This document shows positions 1 to 13,310 of a DNA stretch of 64,000 nt, one piece after another. The translations under genes were made by a program, and so were the position numbers. The notes beneath the pieces were generated by a model. The model saw only the letters and a program-made list of their open reading frames with translations. It had not been told where the DNA came from and ran no database searches. Origin of the DNA: Octopus vulgaris (lineage: Eukaryota); contig OX597821.1 in NCBI GenBank assembly GCA_951406725.2, positions 43,586,001-43,650,000 on the forward strand, written 5' to 3'. How positions within the stretch are numbered: the first letter of the stretch is position 1; every line of letters begins with the position of its first letter.

Positions 1-285
1 GTATGTATATATGCATGCATATATATATATGTATGTATAGATAAAGTTAGATAAGGCCAGCTTATGGGATTTCCCTGGGTTTCACATCCATAAAGTGCTT
101 AGCTTTACAGTATATTGTCAGATCCCAAACCTGCTGGCTCATGGCTTCTCTAGCAAATGACCTTTCTAGAAAATGGAGGAGGGAAAGACTTTATTACTAT
201 GTCAATAACAGGGGATTGTTTCCATTTGGCTGAGAATCATAAATGACGCTGTTACCATGTGGGTCCCAGTAGGCCAGCAGGGATT

Positions 286-325
<40 letters not shown>

Positions 326-357
326 ACCATCTAAGTCAGGAAGAATATTCCATGATT

Positions 358-445
358 GCCATCTGAAGAGCATAGTGTTACGTAATCAGGCTGTCAGCTA
401 ACATTCTGTTGAATCTCTAGTTCGAAACCGATTGGTAAGATTGGC
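358..445 (+). ncRNA. Type I hammerhead ribozyme-like motif (degenerate, long stem II) in a short element between (TA)n tracts
   Basis: CTGAAGA 363-369, GAAAC 424-428, stem III ACC-gatt-GGT, GTA triplet 435-437, and GCCA/TGGC distal stem I. Stem II pairing is poor. Confidence 0.5.
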
Positions 446-475
446 CACAATGGATATACAATACTGTATACTTTG

Positions 476-606
<131 letters not shown>

Positions 607-644
607 ATATGTATTACGTTGTGTGTGTAAGTGAGTGTGTGTGC

Positions 645-880
645 ATGAGTGTATCATTGTCACCTTTTCTTGACATTGTATGATAGTTGTAAACAAGCAT
701 CCCTGTTATACAAGTGGTGTCTTTCATTTCCAGTCTTCCATGAAAAACATGTTTCGTCATGGGGAAATATTATCTTGTGGCAGCAAGAAGGGTATTTGGC
801 CATGGAAATCTGCTTCAGTGAATTCTGTCTGACCCATGTGAGCATGGAAATGTGAATGTTATAACATTGAGGATGATGAT
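645..880 (+). mobile_element. 3' half of a SINE-like repeat with an RTE-type tail
   Basis: Ends in acccatgtgagcatggaa..gatgat, matching the RTE 3' tail at 19211. Homologous copies lie near 12580-12820, 14110-14285 and 53470-53725. Confidence 0.6.
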
Positions 881-1779
881 TTCTTAATTTTATTGAAATT
901 TGAATTCACAGAAACAATGAAAACCAATTTCTAGAAAAAACTAAAAGTGTTTTTTTGAAAAAAACAAAACAAAAAACCACTTAATTTTAATATTTATAAC
1001 TTTATTCTTATAGACTAACTTTATTGCATGTCTTAAACTGTATTCAATGAAGTTATTTTTTTCAAATATTCATTTACAAACGAAGTAATTACTTCAAGGA
1101 TAAAAAAATCTAAGAAAAGAAAGAAACCCTAGCAAATATGCAATTTCCTTCATGTTTTCCATGGCTTGATGTTATTAACTAGACAGTTGAAGCATTAAAT
1201 TGTCATCAAGGACTTGATCTTCTGATTACTTCTGTGATATAATTTGATGACATTAACAGATTTATTCTAGATGAGTGATCATCATCAAAGAAAAGCCAAT
1301 ATATTTATTTATGTATTTTTTTTCTGGATTATCATGAGAGTAATGGATATTGGAAAATGTCCTTAAAGTAAACCATTGGGTTTGTGGGTGAACAGAAACA
1401 TAGTAAAAATAATATATTTTATATTTAAGTTCAGTCTCTGCCTGAAATGACATATATCCAGTGCAAACTGCTTAACCATTGTAAGATATTAACATATAAG
1501 AAAGAATTAAATAGTAAAGATGAAAGAGAAATATAAATAGTAGTAGTTGTAATTTGTCATTTCAATGTCTTTGTGTTCATGAACTTTGTTTTTTTTTATT
1601 AATTATCAAGCATTGCAATATAATTTTGTGTAATAATATCATTTTAATATCATGCAGTTTTGTATAAATCTTCACACACCTGTCTGCAAACCTGTTTCAA
1701 TTTATTCAATTAAGTCATCCACCTGTTATTTCTACACTTTTATTTTTTCCCTTTGCCTGCATACATAATTGTACACACA

Positions 1780-1836
<57 letters not shown>

Positions 1837-1903
1837 ACACACACACACACACATATATTTACATACATGCATACATACATACATACACACACATATATAT
1901 ATA

Positions 1904-2097
1904 TTAAGGAAGTAATTTTTTATTCTCAAATGCAGAATAATGCTAATAATATAGCATGAACAGGATAAACTACCCATATTTTGCAGAAAAATGTGTTGGC
2001 AGCCGACACATTTTTCTGCAAAATATGAATAGCTTATCCTGTTCATGCTATATTATTAGCATTATCCTGCATTTGAGAATAAAAATTACTTCCTTAA
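1904..2097. repeat. Near-perfect palindrome with ~97-bp arms, centred on 2001
   Basis: ttaaggaagtaattttt..gtgttggc-a-gccgacac..aaaaattacttccttaa; the arms are reverse complements with only a few mismatches. Confidence 0.95.
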
Positions 2098-2110
2098 CTT
2101 TCTAGACATC

Positions 2111-2152
2111 TCAACGCTTCTAAAACAAACTTTGTTTGTTTACTTTCATCAT
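2111..2152 (-). ncRNA. Degenerate hammerhead motif next to the palindrome
   Basis: Minus strand reads aTGATGA-aagt-AAACAAAC-aaa-GTTTGTTT-taGAAgCGTT. It has the same stem II as the motif at 43646-43686. Confidence 0.35.
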
Positions 2153-2294
2153 AATTTGAATTTAATGTATGATAGTGTCATATAACCCATGCTAGCATGG
2201 AAAACGGATGCTAAACGATGATGATGATGATGATGATATATATATATATATATACATATATATACATATATATACATATATATATATATACATA

Positions 2295-2840
2295 CAGAAT
2301 GTGGTGAACAAACAGTCGTCTAAATTACACAAAAATGAAAATAACACTGACATTTCATCTTAACAGATATAATTACCAAAATTACATAAAAATATCATGA
2401 ATACTAAAGAGTAAATTTATTCAGTAAAATTGCCATTGACCCAGGGCAGCACTACCTCCTCCAGGCACTTGATGTAGGCCGCTGTGTTGAGTCTGAGGCT
2501 GTGTGGGAAGATGAATGGAGGCATAACGTCACCATCAGTAGTGATCACTCCAAATACCATGATGTTGACCAGGTGTTTGAGTTTTATCACTCTTGGTACA
2601 TGCACTGACCTTAGATTGACATTCTGAAATGTTGATATTGGAGCTTCTGGTGTGAATGCCAAGCGGTACAGCATGTCATTTCCAAATTTCTGGCAGAGTG
2701 AATTGTATCATGGTGCTGTTTTTCTCACAGATGGTGCCCAACTGACCCTACTATACTGTATAGTTGACAAAATCCAAAACAAACAATGTTCATGTGCAAA
2801 ATTAAAAATATAAGATGGCGATAATTTACCCATCGTGCCC

Positions 2841-2842
<2 letters not shown>
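2295..2842 (-). mobile_element. DD37D/maT-type Tc1-mariner relic, internally deleted
   Basis: Translates to KHLVNIMVFGVITTDGDVMPPFIF..LNTAAYIKCLEEVVLPWV. CAG..CTG termini form imperfect TIRs. Paralogues at 52436 and 63077. Confidence 0.8.
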
Positions 2843-2871
<29 letters not shown>

Positions 2872-2876
2872 GTGCA

Positions 2877-2932
<56 letters not shown>

Positions 2933-2934
<2 letters not shown>

Positions 2935-3145
2935 CTTTCAAAATGTGACCGTGTGTATACCGTTGGCGATTTTTTTCCCTCGTCTTCCTTTCTTTGGATC
3001 GTTCCTTTTCCCATGTTTCTGACGAAGAGCTCTGCTCGAAACGTTAAACCTTCCTTCTTTCCTTCTTTTCTGAGTGTCCAATAATACTATACTTGTTCCA
3101 CGTCCTCGAGTTGTGTTTTCTCTTTGTTTTCATGTTTGGATTAAC

Positions 3146-3146
<1 letters not shown>
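2933..3146 (+). mobile_element. Short HHR-bearing non-autonomous element (PLE pLTR-like) in (TA)n
   Basis: About 210 bp, non-coding, flanked on both sides by (TA)n, with a central HHR. Same architecture as 58605-58796. Confidence 0.65.
3015..3049 (+). ncRNA. Minimal type I hammerhead ribozyme
   Basis: GTTT-CTGACGA-a-GAGC-tct-GCTC-GAAACGTT-AAAC: stem I GTTT/AAAC, 4-bp stem II, ACGT palindromic stem III, GUU triplet. Confidence 0.75.
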
Positions 3147-3225
<79 letters not shown>

Positions 3226-3299
3226 CAACACACACACACACAACACACACACACACAACACACACAACACACACATACACATATAAGTGCCATATTGAT

Positions 3300-3500
3300 T
3301 TCACCAACAGTGGTCCATTCTTGCTACTGACTATAAAGCCTGATATCTCACTGTCCACTAGACAATGACCACCTTTGAAGACACTTGCAGGACCATCCTT
3401 GCAGACAAGAGAAAAAGGAGGGAAAACAAGGACACTACAACCAAGCCTGGTCAAACTCTCTTCCCATGCACATGTTTGTGTCTTCTTCGCTTGTATTTTT
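3300..3500 (+). mobile_element. RTE LINE C-terminal fragment
   Basis: FEDTCRTILADKRKRRENKD..FPCTC resembles the RTE/BovB-type ORF end. Confidence 0.45.
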
Positions 3501-3934
3501 TTTGTGAATTCTCCCCCTATATATTTAGTTTACAGTTCTGTTGTAGCAAGATAAACAAAAAAAGCACTCCATCCTGTGAGAGATAAGTATCATTTAATAA
3601 TACACAATTTACAAAAGAGCTACTAAAAGATTCATGATTTAGAGATACAATAAATTGGCAGATGTGTGTAACATGCCATGTGTCTCCGAGCAATCTTTCA
3701 GGCTCAATGCATATTGCTTGATGTATTTAAAAACCAGCATGATAGTCTATGAGAAGTCATGAGGAAAAAATAAGAAGAAAAAGGCAAAGATGATTGGTGC
3801 CAAAAGTAGAATGAGAAGAAAGAAAAGAATAGTAAAAAGAGCCAATATCTTTGTCCTCCTTGTAAAATCATAATTAATCTAGTTGATGTAGAAGAATATA
3901 ACAAAAAGAAGACCAAAGTCTGTGAGATAGCCAA

Positions 3935-4280
3935 TTAATCTGGAGTAGGTAATGTCCTCCATTTTGAAAGGAGCTTGTCCATATGCTTGTATTTGCTAAA
4001 AATTTTGGATCTGCAATTAAGTAGTGTGGTGAAATTCTTGAAACTAAAAAGAATGTGTGATCTTTTAGCTACATATAACTTGCATCTCTTTGATCCATTT
4101 ATACATGGCATAGATTTCTCCACAATTCTCTATTTGATTGTATGTGGTGTGCAATCCTATACATGGCTAGCCACATTTATTATTATCAATGTCCCTTGGT
4201 TTTACCTCTTGCATCCCTTCTGTTTCACTGGGAGCTTGTCATTCATTCAAGGAAGTAATACACACAAATATATATTACCC
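3935..4280 (-). mobile_element. Penelope-like GIY-YIG endonuclease C-terminal relic
   Basis: EKSMPCINGSKRCKLYVAKRSHILF..LLNCRSKIFSKYKH matches the PLE terminal pattern CxLC..EK..IL..LLNxRxE. Confidence 0.65.
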
Positions 4281-4294
4281 CTGTCATCAACTTC

Positions 4295-5400
4295 CAAATC
4301 AGGGGTTGACAGGAAATTGGCCAGTAATTACATTTACCAGGGTTCTTTTAGTAAAGAACCATTATCCCTGTGGTCATCCACTTTGGGATTTCCACCACAT
4401 TGTTGATCATTTAATCCATTTGCACAGCTATTCTTTTGTGTAATACTGAGAAATTTTTTAGCAAGTACCCTTGCACCCCATCAAAACTTAGACATTTCCA
4501 GTTTGGAACCTTTGTTGTCTGCTCTCTTCTTGGTCACCATTTCAGTTGTTATCCTTATATTATTCTGTTTTACTCCATTTTCTCTGATCTTAATTACTTC
4601 AACCATTTAGCATCTTTCTGATAATTTCTTCCATTATCCTAGATGTTATTCCAAAATCTCCTACTTTCTTCAGCATCAGGTTTCTTACTGTTGTTAATTG
4701 TTCTGTTCAGCTGTTGATAAACCCTTTACTGCTCCTTGATTTTTGTAGCTTTATCCTGTTGTCTTTGTTTCAGCTCTACATTTGACCCATTTACTTGATC
4801 CTAAATCTGTCTTCTAGATCCTGCTATTTCTCCTTCCTGATTTCACTTTCTTTCCAGGGTGTTGATATGTTTTTGTAGTTCATTCATTGATTGCTTTATC
4901 CTTCACTTCCACCAAGGCTCTTTCACTACGTGTCCTCTTTGATGGTTTGGTTCAGACCTACTTTCCTTCCTGTATAGATGATACAAGCTTTAATCAATCT
5001 AACTGTTCCAGTCATATTATCTGTCTTAATATTTTCAGTATTTTATTTACCTTTGGGGTCCACTCCTTGAGCAAAATTCTATTCACTTTCTCAAATCCAT
5101 TTACTTTCACATTCAGACTTTCCTTAATGATACCAGTAATGTCTTTGATCATTCCTCTGTCTTCATCACTCAGTCTCTCAACATTCTCAAAACTTAAACC
5201 AGCTTCATTCTCCTGGACAACTTCATTCAATACAATCTCATAAACATTCTCTGCAATCACTTCATTTTCACTAAATGTGTTTTCAATCATCACCCACTTC
5301 ATAATCTCATCAAATTCTACTACCTGGTCACAAAATCTCTCTTCTGTAACTTCACAAGCCCTGCATCTCCATACAGATGTCATACATTCTCTTCCTATAT
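4295..5400 (-). mobile_element. R4/Dong-like (RLE-class) LINE relic, pre-RT and RT N-terminus
   Basis: Minus strand gives VPNWKCLSFDGVQGYLLKNFSVLH (cf. PNWKAPGxDGVQGYWLK) and IPKWMTTG..NYWPISC, with many stops. Confidence 0.65.
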
Positions 5401-5639
5401 CCTCTCATGGGCCTTCCTTCACCATCAGTGGGTCTGCTCAAAAAATAACATCCCATGGCAGCTACATTCATTGCCTTTAATCATCCTCTTCTGGTGGCAG
5501 TATAATGATGACTGGGCCTGTGCTACTCACCCACAGGATACTTGTCTGGTGTGAGTCCTTCACCTGGAGTTTCATCCCCATTTATGCAGCTATTTGAATT
5601 AATTCTTTTATCCATTTCTCTCATACTGAATAAAGTGGT

Positions 5640-7900
5640 GATAAGGTGTCTGTTGTCGTGAAAATGGTACCCCACTTCCCACATGACAAAGTCAGACAGT
5701 CAGTCTGACAAGAACAACAAATGTTACAGCAACAAATGCTATAACTAATGAAGTTGGTGACTAAACCAGAAAATACACTAGACTATATAGCAAATTCAAT
5801 AAATGAATTTAAATATGACCTGAAAGAAGGATTCACCTTCAAGGCATACTACCGAAGATTTGAACAAATTTTCAAAAGAGGATGTGAAGACTGGACTGAC
5901 GAAATGAAAACGCATTTAATTCTGAGGAAACAGGCAGTGACAGAGCACAAAAAATACTGTAACTTTATATTGCTTAAAAATGTTTCTGACATAAATTTCC
6001 TAGACATAATTGACATGTTCAGTGAAAAAACATTGTTATTCAACACATGTTGGAAGTGATTGAACACGGAGAAAAACAATGACCAAGATTTTACCACATA
6101 TGTAGGTAGAGTGAACTGAGAGTGTGAGAGATTTAAATGGGGTAAACTAACTCCAGACTTGTTCAAGTGCCTGATTTTTGCTCAGGGACTTACCGCTATA
6201 AAAGACACAGAAGTCAGAATGAAAATTCTCACAAAGCTGGAAATGAACCAGGATATAACTCTCCAGAAACTATCAGAAGATTGAGACATGATATTAAAAA
6301 TAAGGCATGACACAGAAGAAATTCAACACAGAAGAGATTGTTTACAGACAAAACCAGTGTGCAAGAGTTGGAAGACAGTGTTTCACAAAAAACACAATAG
6401 ACAGCAGAAGATAAACTCATGTATGGCATGCAGTGGTAGGCACCTGAAAAAAGAGTGTCCATTCAAAAAGGCAAAGTGTTTTCATGGTGGAAACACAGGA
6501 CATATCAAATTGCACTGCAGAACTAAGATGATAAAAAATTTTCTGTCATCAGAAAAAGTAGTCTGTACAATGAACAGAAAATCTGTCAAGGTGAGAATTG
6601 AAACCACTTGTGTTTACAATGCAATTAGACACAGGTAGTGACATCACTATCATAAATGAAGAAACATAGCGACAAATTGGTAAGCCAAAATTATTTAAAT
6701 CAAATAAGTAGCATATAGTGTTACAGGAAAGAAATTATATTTCATCGGCGAATGTATTTGCAATGTAACTTTTCAAGACGAAATGAAAAGGACAATCGTT
6801 TATGTGTTGCAAAAATCACTAAACCTATTTGGCACAGAATGCATGAAGTTATTTAAAATGTGGGATACTCCCATTAGTGTTCTCTGTGAAAATGTAGTTG
6901 GCACGGTCAAAAGTGTGAATGAAATCGAACAATTGAGACAAAAAATTTTTAAATTCTTTCCAAATGTTTTCTATGACGGATTAGGCTGTTGCATGTAAAC
7001 AAAAGTGAGGATCGTGGTAAAAGAAAAGCAACACCTGTTTTTAGGCCCAAATGGAGCATGTCATTTGCAGCATTGGACCATGTCAATAAAGAGCTAGAAA
7101 AACTAGAAAGTCTAGCTATAATTGAAAATGTCAACCATTCAGACTGGGCAGCTCTGACGGTTTATGTAAAGAAACTAAGAGTTTGTGCGGGCTTTTCAAC
7201 TGGATTAAATGACTGTTTAGGCAAACGCAATTATCCATTACCAAGCCCAGAAGTGTTTTGTATAAATTCAAGCAGCTTACTTTTAGAGTAAAAGTGGCGC
7301 CTGCCATATTCCAACAAGTGATGAATGCAATGTTAAATGATTGCAACATTGCTATTGCTTATCTTGATGGTATTTTGATAAAGAGTGAGACAATGGAGCA
7401 ACACTTTGAACATATTAAAAAAGTATTCAGAAAAATAAATTAATACAAGTTTAAATTAACAGAGGAAAAGTGTGAATTTTTTTAATGAAAAAATCAAATA
7501 TTTAGGTCAAGTGATTGATGAAAGGGGACAAAGGCCAGACCCATCAAGTATGAGTGCAATATGGAATACACCTCCCCCAATGAAAGTCAAATTGTTACAA
7601 GCATTTTTACAACATATATTCAACATACGACAGCATACTGATGTATGGCCAAAAGATAGTAATACATGAGACTTTACAAAAAAGAATGTTGAAAGAATTT
7701 CATATTGGACAACTGACGATGGCAAGGATGAAAGCACTTATGTGCAGTTATGTGTATTGGCCAAAGATGGACAAGGAAATTGAAAACGAAGGTAAAAAGC
7801 TGCAGAGGATGTGCTCTGGCAGCAAAATTGCCGACTCAAGAATGAGAGCCTTGGCCAGAAGTAAAAAAATCCATGGTCAAGACTACAAAGTTATATGAAG
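5640..7900 (+). mobile_element. Ty3/Gypsy (K02A2.6/Mag-like) LTR retrotransposon relic: gag, protease, RT and integrase fragments
   Basis: Gag EFKYD..TFKAYYRRF, double zinc knuckle C..C..RH..C/C..GH..C, protease MQLDTGSDITII (~6619), RT APAIFQQVM..AYLDGILI, integrase RMKALMCSYVYWPKMDKEIE. Frameshifted and deleted. Confidence 0.85.
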
Positions 7901-8102
7901 AGTATCAACGAAGGGCTTTAAACTGCAAAAACCATGTAAAAGCAAAACATACGCAGCAACAATACAGTTATATGCTTTTTCTTCTGTTGTTACTTTTGTT
8001 GTTGTGTTTAACAAATGATAGAGAAAGACCAGAATGAGATGAAAGGGAAAATACATGAAAAAACATCATATCACATGGCAGTTTGGAAAAATGATTGTAA
8101 AG

Positions 8103-8130
8103 TGATGAAGATGTTGGTGGTGGTGATGAC

Positions 8131-8194
<64 letters not shown>

Positions 8195-8258
8195 GTGTTG
8201 GTAGTGGTGGTGATGATGACAATGGTGGTGATGGTGGTGGCGTTGGTGCTGATGGCAA
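8103..8258. repeat. (GAT)n/(GGT)n microsatellite
   Basis: Trinucleotide run. Confidence 0.9.
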
Positions 8259-8300
8259 CGAGGATATATATATACATATTGAATTTTCACCATCAACATA

Positions 8301-9412
8301 CAGGGGTTGGACAAAATAATGGAAACACCTAGCATCATAGCATCATAATTTTGAAATATTTATAAAACTGTCAAAAGCTTGTTTATTTTTATGTTTTTTG
8401 ATTTATTATTAGTGTTGCTTAATATGTTTTGCTAAAATTGCTGTTTCTTTCCAGATATCATCAGAAAAAGGTAATTAAGATTCATTAAAATGACAGATCT
8501 ATTGGACTTTCAAAGGGGTCAAATTGTTGGTGCTTGTATGGCAGGCACTAGCATACTGTCTGAAAAGTAATGACAGCCTTTGAGAAATGGAAAAACCACC
8601 TCACTGAAACAAAACTCTGGAAGAAAAGCAAAACTTTCAGATAAGGACTGTCAAACTCTTACATGAATTGTTAGAAAGGATTGCAAAAGCACAGCTCCCA
8701 AAATTACTGCAGAGCTTAAAGACCACCTCAAGAACCCAGTTTTCACAAAAAATGTTTGCCGGGAGCTGCACAAAGCTAGAATTCATGGGAGGGCTGCAAT
8801 CAGAAAACCACTACTTTCAAAAACAAATGTTACAAAGCATTTAGAGTGGAGTAAAAAGCTACAGAGTTGGTCCCAAGAACAGTGGAAGAATGTTATTTTC
8901 TCGAACAAGTCATCCTTTACCTTATTTCTGACCACCAGCTGGGTTTATGTGTGGAGACAGCCAAAAGAAGCATTTGACCCAGATTGCCTTCTTCCAACTG
9001 TAAAACATTATCTGTGATAATCTGGGGGCTATATCTTGGAAATCTGCCAGCCCAATGGTTTCCCTTCATGGCAGAATTAATATTCATGACTATTTAAGCA
9101 TTTTATCTGATCAAATTCATCCTATGATTGCAGAACTGTTTCCGAAGGGAAACACAATCTTTCAGGATGATAATGCACCAATTCACCAATTCACACAGCT
9201 AATGTTGTTACTGAATGGCATGAGGAACATTCTAGTGAAGTTGGACATTAGCTGAAGAATGGACAAAAATTCCTTTGGAAATAATTCAAACTTTGTACAA
9301 GTCCATACCTCATAGAATTCAAACTGTAATACTCCCAAAGGCGGTCCTACTCCATATTAAAATAAATTTGTTTGACATTTTAAGGCATTTCCATTATTTT
9401 GTCCAACCCCTG
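8301..9412 (+). mobile_element. Tc1-like DNA transposon with both TIRs and a decayed transposase
   Basis: TA|caggggttggacaaaataatggaaa..tttccattattttgtccaacccctg|TA. Translates to MTDLLDFQRGQIVGA, GRAAIRKPLLS and FQDDNAPIH. Confidence 0.9.
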
Positions 9413-9425
9413 TATATACTTTATA

Positions 9426-9845
9426 TTGGGTCATCCCATAAATAATGTGGTTTTTTATTTTTATTTTATTTTTCAAATTTAAGATAAAGTTCTGTCTTAA
9501 TCTAAAATATACTCTCCTTCATTTTCTACAATGCTCTTCCATCTACCTGGTAGACTTGCAAGGCCCCTCTTCCAAAATTCACTTGTCCATGATGAAAAAT
9601 ACTCCTCCAGTACTATTCTGACCTTGTCTACAGAATTCATATTTTTTCTGTCCAAATGATTTTGAAGACTGCAGAATAAATGATAATCAGATGGGGCAAT
9701 GTCTGGTGAATATGGTGGACAGGGCATCATTTTCCCATTCAAACTGCTCCAGCCTTTGGAATGTCATCCTCACTGTATGTGGTTGAACATTATGCTGATG
9801 GAAGAATACCTTTCGTTTTATATTCAACGGTTTTTCATAGCACCT
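9426..9845 (-). mobile_element. Mariner (DD34D) 3' fragment
   Basis: PPYSPDIAPSDYHLFCSLQNHL. TIR ttgggtcatcccata is related to the TIR at 54166. Confidence 0.85.
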
Positions 9846-10009
9846 GTTGCCATTAATAGCCGACAAGAATGTTTCATAGCTCTTTGCTCTGACACTCGAC
9901 ACTCTGAGTACTATAATAGCAGCCTTTTACTGTTTGTTCTAAATTATAACATATATGAATAATCCTCTATTAATCTAATATTGTTGAGGTCTCATTCTTT
10001 TGTTGTCAC

Positions 10010-10040
<31 letters not shown>

Positions 10041-10041
<1 letters not shown>

Positions 10042-10300
10042 TTCATGCGAAGCATTGCTGAAGTATGGAACAAACTGCTGGCATCAGTTGTTAGTTGTCG
10101 GAGCACTGCATCCTTCAAAACTTCCATGCTTCCAGAGATTCGCCAACACTACACCTGATTTTCTCCCCTCCATACACACGCAAGCATGTATCTGACTCAT
10201 ACGCTGTTCACTTTCCAGATATTTGTACATTAATGCATATGCTTTATGCACACTTTTGACAAGTTGTGGTGCACCTGAGCACTGTATACAATATTTTCAT
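10041..10300 (+). mobile_element. CR1/L2-like LINE 3' end with (TTA)n tail
   Basis: AEVWNKLLASVVSCRSTASFKTSM (WNxLP..FK motif) followed by a 3'UTR. A reverse fragment lies at ~35598-35742. Confidence 0.6.
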
Positions 10301-10330
10301 TACTATTATTATTATTATTATTATTAATAT

Positions 10331-10361
<31 letters not shown>

Positions 10362-10381
10362 ATTATTATTATTATTATTAC

Positions 10382-10426
<45 letters not shown>

Positions 10427-10630
10427 TGCATGTACATATGTATGTATGTATATATGCATATATATATACTTATATATATGTTTATATATATATATCTATA
10501 TGTGTATGCTTGTGTGTGTTGTGTGCATGGCTGCAGTCCAATGACAAGCAAGTAAAAGATACGCTTGTATTTACGCATGCATGTGATTTTGATGTCTATA
10601 AATATATCACCCTTTCTCTTTATTTCTCTC

Positions 10631-10663
<33 letters not shown>

Positions 10664-11004
10664 ATGCACATATATATTACATCCACACACATACACTCAT
10701 GCACATACAATGTACACACACACGCACACACATAATATATATATATAGGGAGAGAGAAGGAGAGTGAGAAGTGAAAGAGAGAGATAGAGAGAAAGAGAGA
10801 GCACATGAGTGGGGAGCAGTGTAAGTAATTAACACTTTCTCTAAGACAATAATGAGTGCGTGGCATGAACTTAACGAGGGTAATATCAGTGAAAGCAGCC
10901 AGCTAGGTCACTTGAGCAGCCATAGAGACAGATGATGTACAAACCATACATGCACCATGTTGCAGAATGGTAGTCGTGAGTGGAGGGGGAGGAGGGGACA
11001 TGGC

Positions 11005-11520
11005 TCTACTTTTGTCTTTCTATCTCTCTCCACTCACTTTCTCTTTAGTTACTTCTCTCTTTCTCCTCACTTTCCCCTTTCTGTAGTTACTGCTGTCTTT
11101 CTGTCCGTCCATCTAGCTGTTTGTCTCTCTGTCTGTCTGCCTTTCTCTCTCTGTCTCTGTCTGTCTGTCGGTCTGTCTGTCTGTCTGTCTGTCTCTTTCT
11201 CTCTTTAAATCTCTCCCCTATTTGTCACTTCTCTCCTTTCCTCCTGCTCTCTCTCTCTCCCATTCTTTCCCTATTCAAATCCCTCCCTGTTTGGTCACCT
11301 CTCTTCCTTTCTCTTTCTCTCTCTCCATCTCTCCACTCTCCCTTTTCCCCCTCTCCTTCTCTCACCCGCTCTCCCTTTCTCCACTTTATTCATTTCCATT
11401 TTTCTTCAATCACCACCCATTCTATCCCTACTTACTACAGACCCCCTTTAGCTACCTCCCTCTCTCTCTCCCTCTTCACTTCCTTCCTTCATTAGTCACT
11501 TTTCTCCTCCACACCCACTA
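11005..11520. repeat. CT-rich low-complexity tract
   Basis: Polypyrimidine, (CT)n and (CTGT)n sequence. Confidence 0.85.
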
Positions 11521-11730
11521 GACCTCAATTAAGCAACCACTGAAAGATGAAATACTTTTATTCTACATCTGACTTATCTGTATTCCACAGGAACAGAAAA
11601 TATGGGCCCAGAGGAGTCATCATCAGCATCATCACCAGCACCAGTACCACCATGACAACGATGATGATGATGACGACAATGATGATGATGATGACAACAA
11701 TGATGATGATGATGACGATCATCATCATAG

Positions 11731-12190
11731 TTTAACGTCCATTTTCCATGCTAGCATGGGTTGGATGGTTCGACCGGGGTCTGGGAAGCCAGGAGGCTGC
11801 ACCAGGCTCCAGTCTGACCTGGCAGTGTTTCTACAGCTGGATGCCCTTCCTAATGCCAACCACTCCGTGAGTGTATTGGGTGCTTTTTATGTGCCACCGG
11901 CACAGGTGCCAGGGGAGGCTGGCAATGGCCATGATCGGGAGGTGGTTTTTATGTGCCACCGATACGGAAGCCAGTCAAGGTGGCGCTGGCATCGACCACG
12001 AACGGATGATGCTTTTTACGTGCCAGGGGATGCTGGCAACGGCCACTTTCGGTTGGTGGTTTTTATGTGCCACCGACACAGAAGCCAGTCAAGGCGGTGC
12101 TGGCATTGGCCACATACGGGTGGTGCTTTCTAGGTGCCACCGACACAGGTGCCAGGGTAGGCTGGCAACAGCCACGATCGGTTGGTGCTG
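11731..12190 (-). mobile_element. RTE-derived 3'-end repeat with internal tandem subrepeats and (GAT)n tail
   Basis: tttaacgtcc..catgctagcatgggttgga..ggatgcccttcctaa with repeated tttttatgtgccacc units. Copies at 28380, 48835, 49850 and 58884. Confidence 0.75.
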
Positions 12191-12446
12191 TATTCAGTAT
12201 ATATTTTCTTTCATTCATTATGTTGTTTAGTCCCTGGCCAACCCTGAAACTTAATCATCAAGACATTCTGTTGTAAATATATGTGTGTTTGTGGCTACAT
12301 ATATATATATTTATATTAATGATAGTGATCTATAGATTAGACATTAGGCTTATTGTTCAAAAGGAGAGGAATAATAAACTGAATAGATTTCAATGTGTTA
12401 TTAGCACACATTTTTACTGATTTCTCCTATCAGTGTAATTTGAACC

Positions 12447-12490
<44 letters not shown>

Positions 12491-12820
12491 TGTATGTGCA
12501 TATGTATATGTGTGTGTGTATGTGTGTGTGAGTGTTTGTGTATGCTATGTATATGGTGTGAGTATGTGTATGTTTGTATCTCCTTGTCTTGGTATCATAT
12601 GATAGCTGTGGACAGGTGTCACTGATATACAAGCAACATCATTCATTTCAAATATTCTGCATAAAGCATATCCAGTCATGGGAAAATCTTAACTTGCTTG
12701 GAAACGTGTGAGGGACGGTAACAAGAAGAGCATCTGGATGTTGAAAATCTACATAAAAAAATTCCATCTGATGCAATCCAAGTATGGAAAAAGTGATCAT
12801 TAAAAGGATGATATTGATGA

Positions 12821-12894
<74 letters not shown>

Positions 12895-12898
<4 letters not shown>

Positions 12899-13210
12899 TT
12901 AGAGATAAAACCACTATTAGGCAAATCATACAATGAAAAACTCAAGCCAATACATAAGATTAATTAATTTATATTATTTTAAATATATATCAAAATTATA
13001 CAAAGCAAATAAGTAATAAGAATGTCAAGGTATTAGTGTATTACAGCCATTTTAGATGGCTCTATTTAATTGAGCAATGCAAGCATTACTTCAATTTGAA
13101 ATATACCACCTTCTTTGGATGCATAAGATCACATAGGTTTTCAACACACAGGATACTCCATTATAATTTTTAGCAAATATTTCATCAGAACTAGAGAATA
13201 AAAGAATTAT
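12895..13210 (-). mobile_element. Short (TA)n-flanked element with a decayed long-insert HHR
   Basis: Minus strand has CTGATGA (13188-13182) and, ~130 nt later, aAAAtgGCTGTA (cf. GAAACAGCTGTA). Confidence 0.35.
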
Positions 13211-13265
13211 ATGCTTGCTGCTATATATTTATTATATATATATATATATATATTTACACAAACAT

Positions 13266-13310
<45 letters not shown>

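Noticed and set aside
3670-3710. Possible HHR downstream of the PLE endonuclease fragment (minus strand CTGAAAGA..GAGAC)
   Set aside because: Both core halves are altered and the stems are unconvincing.
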